DNA of 64,000 bases from an uncultured Candidatus Saccharibacteria bacterium (GTDB lineage: Bacteria > Patescibacteriota > WWE3 > 2-01-FULL-39-13). The stretch is from the NCBI GenBank assembly GCA_964510925.1, contig CAZEDS010000001.1:27704-91703 (forward strand), written 5' to 3'. Below are positions 59,829-64,000 of this stretch, in pieces. The notes under the pieces were generated by a model that worked only from the letters and a program-made list of their open reading frames with translations, did not search any database and was not told where the DNA came from. Within the stretch, counting starts at the first letter, position 1. Each line of letters starts with the position of its first letter. The translations under genes were made by a program, and so were the position numbers.

Positions 59829-61197
59829 CTTATGGAGCGAAGTGAAGAACAGTTTAGAGCAAATAATAAACCCAATTCATTACAAAACATACATTCCAGG
59901 AACATACATAAAAAAAATCAACGAAGAAGATCTTTTAATTGAAATCACTTCACCTACAGAATTTCAACGAAATTTTATCGAAGAGCGGATGTATGGTCAT
60001 ATCAAAGAAAGTCTTTCAAACCTAATTGGCCCAAAATATCGATTAATGTTTAGTGTCACCCAAAAAGAAACTAAACAAATGACGATCGAAGATGTTGGAC
60101 CTCTATACGAACAAAAAGTAGCTTCAGAAACGAGTATCACGCAAACCAAAAAAGATGCGGGTTTAAATCCTCAATACACATTTGATCGATTTGTAGTCGG
60201 AAATAGCAACAGACTTGCTTATGCAGTAGCCACTGGAATCGCTGAAAATCCAGGTAAAATTTATAATCCATTTTTTGTTTATTCAGGAGTAGGATTGGGA
60301 AAAACACATTTGGTACAAGCAATTGGACACAAAATCATTGAAAAGCATCCAACCTACAAAGTTTTATACAAAACTGGAGAGCAATTTCTAAACGAAGTCG
60401 TAGATGCATTACGAAAATCTAAAATACCTGCAGATTCAAAAAGAAATGCTCTTAAAAAGAATTATCGAAATGTTGATGTATTAATAATCGATGATATTCA
60501 CTCAATAGCAGGGAAAGAAGCAACACAAGAAGAGTTTTTCCACACATTCAATGCACTATACATGAGCCAGAAGCAAATAATATTGACCTCAGATCGTCCG
60601 CCAAAAGAAATCAAAACACTTGAAGAACGATTATCTTCAAGATTCTCAAGTGGAATGATTGCAGATATCCAAAAACCGGACACAGAAACAAAACTAGCAA
60701 TTCTAAGAGAAAGAAATGAAGAATTAAGACTAAACATCAGAGACGATGTTTTAGCTTATATTGCAGAAGCTGTCGAATCAAATATCAGAGAACTCGAAGG
60801 AAAACTGTTACAAACGGCAACAAAAGCAATGAGCCAAGGAGTTGATCTAAACCAAAGCTTTGCCAAACAAGTTATCGGAGATATCAATAAAAGCAAACAA
60901 AAATTAATAACCCCAGATTTAATAATTCAAGAAGTATGTTCTTATTACAATATTTCCTCAAAAGAGCTAAAAGGGCAAAGAAGGATGAAACCTATCGTCA
61001 TGCCACGCCAAATCTGTATGTATCTATTTAGGGAAATTTTAAAGATGAGCCTAGTTTCAATTGGTGAACTTTTAGGCCGGAAAGATCATACGACGGTTAT
61101 ACATGCTATACAAAAAATTGAAGATCTCTTAAAAGATAAAGCCAATGCAAAAATACACAATGATATTTCTTACTTAAAAGAAAAGATTTTATCTTAA
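59806..61197 (+). CDS. dnaA: Chromosomal replication initiator DnaA
   Basis: YNP.F.YSGVGLGKTHL, IDDI, QEEFFHTFN, NIRELEG, KDHTTVIHA. Confidence 0.99.
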   Translation: MDTQNVDNLWSEVKNSLEQIINPIHYKTYIPGTYIKKINEEDLLIEITSPTEFQRNFIEERMYGHIKESLSNLIGPKYRLMFSVTQKETKQMTIEDVGPLYEQKVASETSITQTKKDAGLNPQYTFDRFVVGNSNRLAYAVATGIAENPGKIYNPFFVYSGVGLGKTHLVQAIGHKIIEKHPTYKVLYKTGEQFLNEVVDALRKSKIPADSKRNALKKNYRNVDVLIIDDIHSIAGKEATQEEFFHTFNALYMSQKQIILTSDRPPKEIKTLEERLSSRFSSGMIADIQKPDTETKLAILRERNEELRLNIRDDVLAYIAEAVESNIRELEGKLLQTATKAMSQGVDLNQSFAKQVIGDINKSKQKLITPDLIIQEVCSYYNISSKELKGQRRMKPIVMPRQICMYLFREILKMSLVSIGELLGRKDHTTVIHAIQKIEDLLKDKANAKIHNDISYLKEKILS

Positions 61198-61560
61198 CCT
61201 TTTTAGGTGACTTTTATATCTAAAGTTATACACATCGTTTTATTTAATAATTTAATATATATATTTAGTAGTAGTAATAGTAGGGGATGTGGATTTGTGT
61301 ATAAATTACAAAAACGCCTACAATGCAAAGTCATAGATCTATTTATTTTGTGGAATTCTTTAAACCCTATATTTTCGCCATTTTTTTATAAAAACACTCA
61401 TACAAGCTTGATTTTTCAACAAATAAACATTTTCTAAATATGTTGATATTCGGGTGATGTTCTGTTCTTCATTTGTGCTAGTTATAAACAATGACCGAGT
61501 AGTATTTACTACTTTCTGCACATAAAAAGGCTATGGGTTATACAACGGTTTTCGCTTAAT
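61198..61560. other. Replication origin oriC
   Basis: DnaA boxes (TTATACACA 61226, TGTGGATTT 61288, TGTGTATAA 61296, weaker ones downstream), AT-rich tract, TAG trios 61266-61283, composition switch. Confidence 0.85.
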
Positions 61561-61604
61561 TTAAGCCTGTTTTTGCAATTTGGTGGAATGTTACAATGAG
61601 GGTA

Positions 61605-62915
61605 ATGAAGTCTCTTATAAAAATAATTCTTCCCTTATTTGTAATTGCCATTGTTTTTGGTATTGGTTTTTTTGCTTGGAAGTTAGTGAACAAAAGAACA
61701 AATCCTAATTCCGTTAATAGTTCCGCAAATGTAAATTTAGAATACTGGGGTTTGTACGAATCTGAAGCTGTAATGCAAAAACTTATTAATGTTTACCAAG
61801 AAGAACATCCAAACGTAAAAATAAAATATATACAAAAAACCTTTGATGATTTAGATACCTATCGATCTTCTTTAACAACTCGTTTAACGCAAGGTTCAGG
61901 GCCGGGTATTTTTAGAATGCACTCAACGTGGACTGATACCTTGTTTACTGAGATTGCACCTGCCGGAGATCACTTTTCATATGATGAATATTCAAAGCGT
62001 TTTTATCCCGTTTCTTTAAACCAATGCACTGGGCCAACAACTAAAAAAGTTTATTGTATTCCGATTATGTATGATGGTTTGGTTTTGCTATACAACAAAA
62101 ATATGTATAAAGACGCAAACATCACTCCTCAAATTGTTTCTTGGGAAGATTTAAGACAAGCAGCTATTCGTTTAACTGTTGTGGATGAGAAAAATAATAT
62201 TTTGAAATCAGGTCTTGCGATGGGAACTTCAAATAATGTTTCTAATTTTTCTGATGTTATTGCATTAATGTTTTTACAAAGTGATATCAAATTTCCTGAA
62301 AATTTAGATACAACAAGTGCTATGCAGATTTTTTCTTTTTATAAGAGCTTTGCGAATGATAGCCAAATTTGGAATGAATCGATGCCTAATTCCATAAAAT
62401 CTTTTGCAGCCGAACAAACTGCTATGGTTTTTGCTAAGAGCACAGATATTTTAGAAATATTAAGGATAAATCCAACATTAGATTTTGGCGTGTTGCCTGT
62501 GCCTCAATTGCCTAAATTGGGTGGTGGAGCAACAAGCAAGAATTGGGCATCCTTTTTTGTTGAAAGTGTTTCTGCTGATTTAGATGAAAACGAGCAAAAA
62601 GAAGCATGGAAATTTTTAGATTGGCTAAGTAAGCCTGAACAACAAATATTGCGTTTTAATGAAGCTTCAGTTATTAATCCGAGAAAATTTGGCGAAGCAT
62701 ACGGAAATGCTCAGTTAAAAAATAATCTTATTAATTCGCCTTTATTAGGTCCTATTTTGCAAGGTGCTCCAACGGCAGAAACTTCTGTTTTGGCAGATGA
62801 TTCTGGAAATGGTCCGATTGTAGATAAGTTAAGAACTTTGATTGATGATACTAGTCTAAAATCCCCAGAGGAGATAAAGATTGAAATTGACTCATTTAAA
62901 TCGATGATTAAATGA
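61605..62915 (+). CDS. Extracellular solute-binding protein (carbohydrate ABC family 1)
   Basis: L.YWG, Y...HPNVKI.Y, IP...DGL.L.YNK, F.....AM.F, AWKFL.WL. Confidence 0.85.
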   Translation: MKSLIKIILPLFVIAIVFGIGFFAWKLVNKRTNPNSVNSSANVNLEYWGLYESEAVMQKLINVYQEEHPNVKIKYIQKTFDDLDTYRSSLTTRLTQGSGPGIFRMHSTWTDTLFTEIAPAGDHFSYDEYSKRFYPVSLNQCTGPTTKKVYCIPIMYDGLVLLYNKNMYKDANITPQIVSWEDLRQAAIRLTVVDEKNNILKSGLAMGTSNNVSNFSDVIALMFLQSDIKFPENLDTTSAMQIFSFYKSFANDSQIWNESMPNSIKSFAAEQTAMVFAKSTDILEILRINPTLDFGVLPVPQLPKLGGGATSKNWASFFVESVSADLDENEQKEAWKFLDWLSKPEQQILRFNEASVINPRKFGEAYGNAQLKNNLINSPLLGPILQGAPTAETSVLADDSGNGPIVDKLRTLIDDTSLKSPEEIKIEIDSFKSMIK

Positions 62916-62985
62916 TTTTAGAATAGGCTTAAATGCTATAATTTTCATGTTTAAAAGTTGTTTTTAATACTAATATCTTCTGCTT

Positions 62986-64000
62986 ATGATGGAAAAAGTT
63001 TACGATCACAAAAATTTAGAATCTAGCCTATATGCGTTGTGGGAAAAAATAGGAGCATTTAAACCTGAAAATGGCTTAAATACCCAAAAATCAACTTATT
63101 CTGTTTTGATGCCACCGCCTAATGCTAATGCTTCTTTGCATTGTGGTCATGCAACTTATTCGATTCAAGATGTGATGATTAGGTTTAAACGAATGCAAGG
63201 ATTTGAATCAGTCTATTTTCCAGGTACTGATCATGCAGGTTTTGAAACGCAAGTCGTGTATGAACGAAATCTTAAAGCCGAAGGTAAAAGCCGATTTGAT
63301 TTTGATCGAGAGACTTTTTATAACAATGTTCTGGCTTTTGTAAAAGAGAATTCTGACGTTGCAATTTCTCAACTTAAAAGACTTGGTATGAGTTGTGATT
63401 GGGATCGCTTAACCTTTACCTTGGATGATTTAGTTATCGATTTTGTTCTTGATACGTTTATAAAAATGAACAAAGACGGTATGGTTTATCGTGATGGATA
63501 TATGGTTAATTATTCGACCTATTACGGTACGACTTTTAGCGATTTAGAAACTGACTATAAAGATACGGTTTCACCTCTTTATTATGTTAAATATTTTTTA
63601 GTTGAGGATTCATCAAAATTCATAACTGTAGCAACGGTTAGGCCAGAAACTATTTTTGCGGATGTTGCTATTGCAGTTAATCCAAAAGATAAAAAATATA
63701 AAGATTTAGTTGGGAAATTTGTAATAAATCCATTAACTCAGGTGCAAATCCCAATTATCGAAGATGACTATGTTGAAATTGAATTTGGAACTGGCGCTCT
63801 AAAAATTACACCAGCCCACGATTTTAATGATTTTAAGATTGGTCAAAAACATAAATTGCCTTTAATTTCATTGATAAATTTAGATGGAAAAATGAACGAA
63901 AATGCTGGTGTATTAAAAGGTTTGTTTCCAAAAGAAGCTCGACCTAAATCAGCTGAGCTATTACAAAAAACAGGTAATTTAGAAAAAATTGATGATAAGT
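62986..64000 (+). CDS. valS: Valyl-tRNA synthetase (runs off window)
   Basis: PPPNAN.SLHCGHA, PGTDHAG..TQ, ATVRPET...D.A.AVNP.D, FGTGALKITPAHD.ND. Confidence 0.96.
   Translation, partial: MMEKVYDHKNLESSLYALWEKIGAFKPENGLNTQKSTYSVLMPPPNANASLHCGHATYSIQDVMIRFKRMQGFESVYFPGTDHAGFETQVVYERNLKAEGKSRFDFDRETFYNNVLAFVKENSDVAISQLKRLGMSCDWDRLTFTLDDLVIDFVLDTFIKMNKDGMVYRDGYMVNYSTYYGTTFSDLETDYKDTVSPLYYVKYFLVEDSSKFITVATVRPETIFADVAIAVNPKDKKYKDLVGKFVINPLTQVQIPIIEDDYVEIEFGTGALKITPAHDFNDFKIGQKHKLPLISLINLDGKMNENAGVLKGLFPKEARPKSAELLQKTGNLEKIDDK

Noticed and set aside
1-64000. Alternative genetic code (UGA = Gly) as in Gracilibacteria/Absconditabacteria
   Set aside because: Core genes are intact under code 11 and TGA terminates dnaG, trpS and others

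Overview
AT-rich chromosomal segment of a small-genome bacterium using genetic code 11. Gene content suggests Patescibacteria/CPR, probably WWE3 or Microgenomates-like (inference from the short IF2, degenerate DHH protein, PrgI/VirB4-like cluster and PEGA-SH3 protein). It is mostly housekeeping: rpoD, dnaG, trpS, pnp, rpsO, infB, nusA, groES/EL, the rpmH-rnpA-yidD-yidC-jag-dnaN operon, dnaA, valS and nine tRNAs. oriC lies just downstream of dnaA, with DnaA-trios and a strand-composition switch. The most unusual content is non-coding: (1) a ~330-nt, almost fully base-paired orphan RNA at 11955-12285 with its own promoter and repeated, self-complementary loops; (2) a ~143-bp three-way-junction element in three copies (15018, 31879, 56430) with covarying stems, each abutting the stop codon of a minus-strand gene; (3) a second ~63-bp covarying element directly after the CCA ends of two tRNA genes; (4) a modification-light tRNA set (Ile-UAU, Arg-GCG, an initiator lacking two of the three anticodon-stem GC pairs) together with widespread leaderless promoters. 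All calls were made by eye; no database search or folding program was run.
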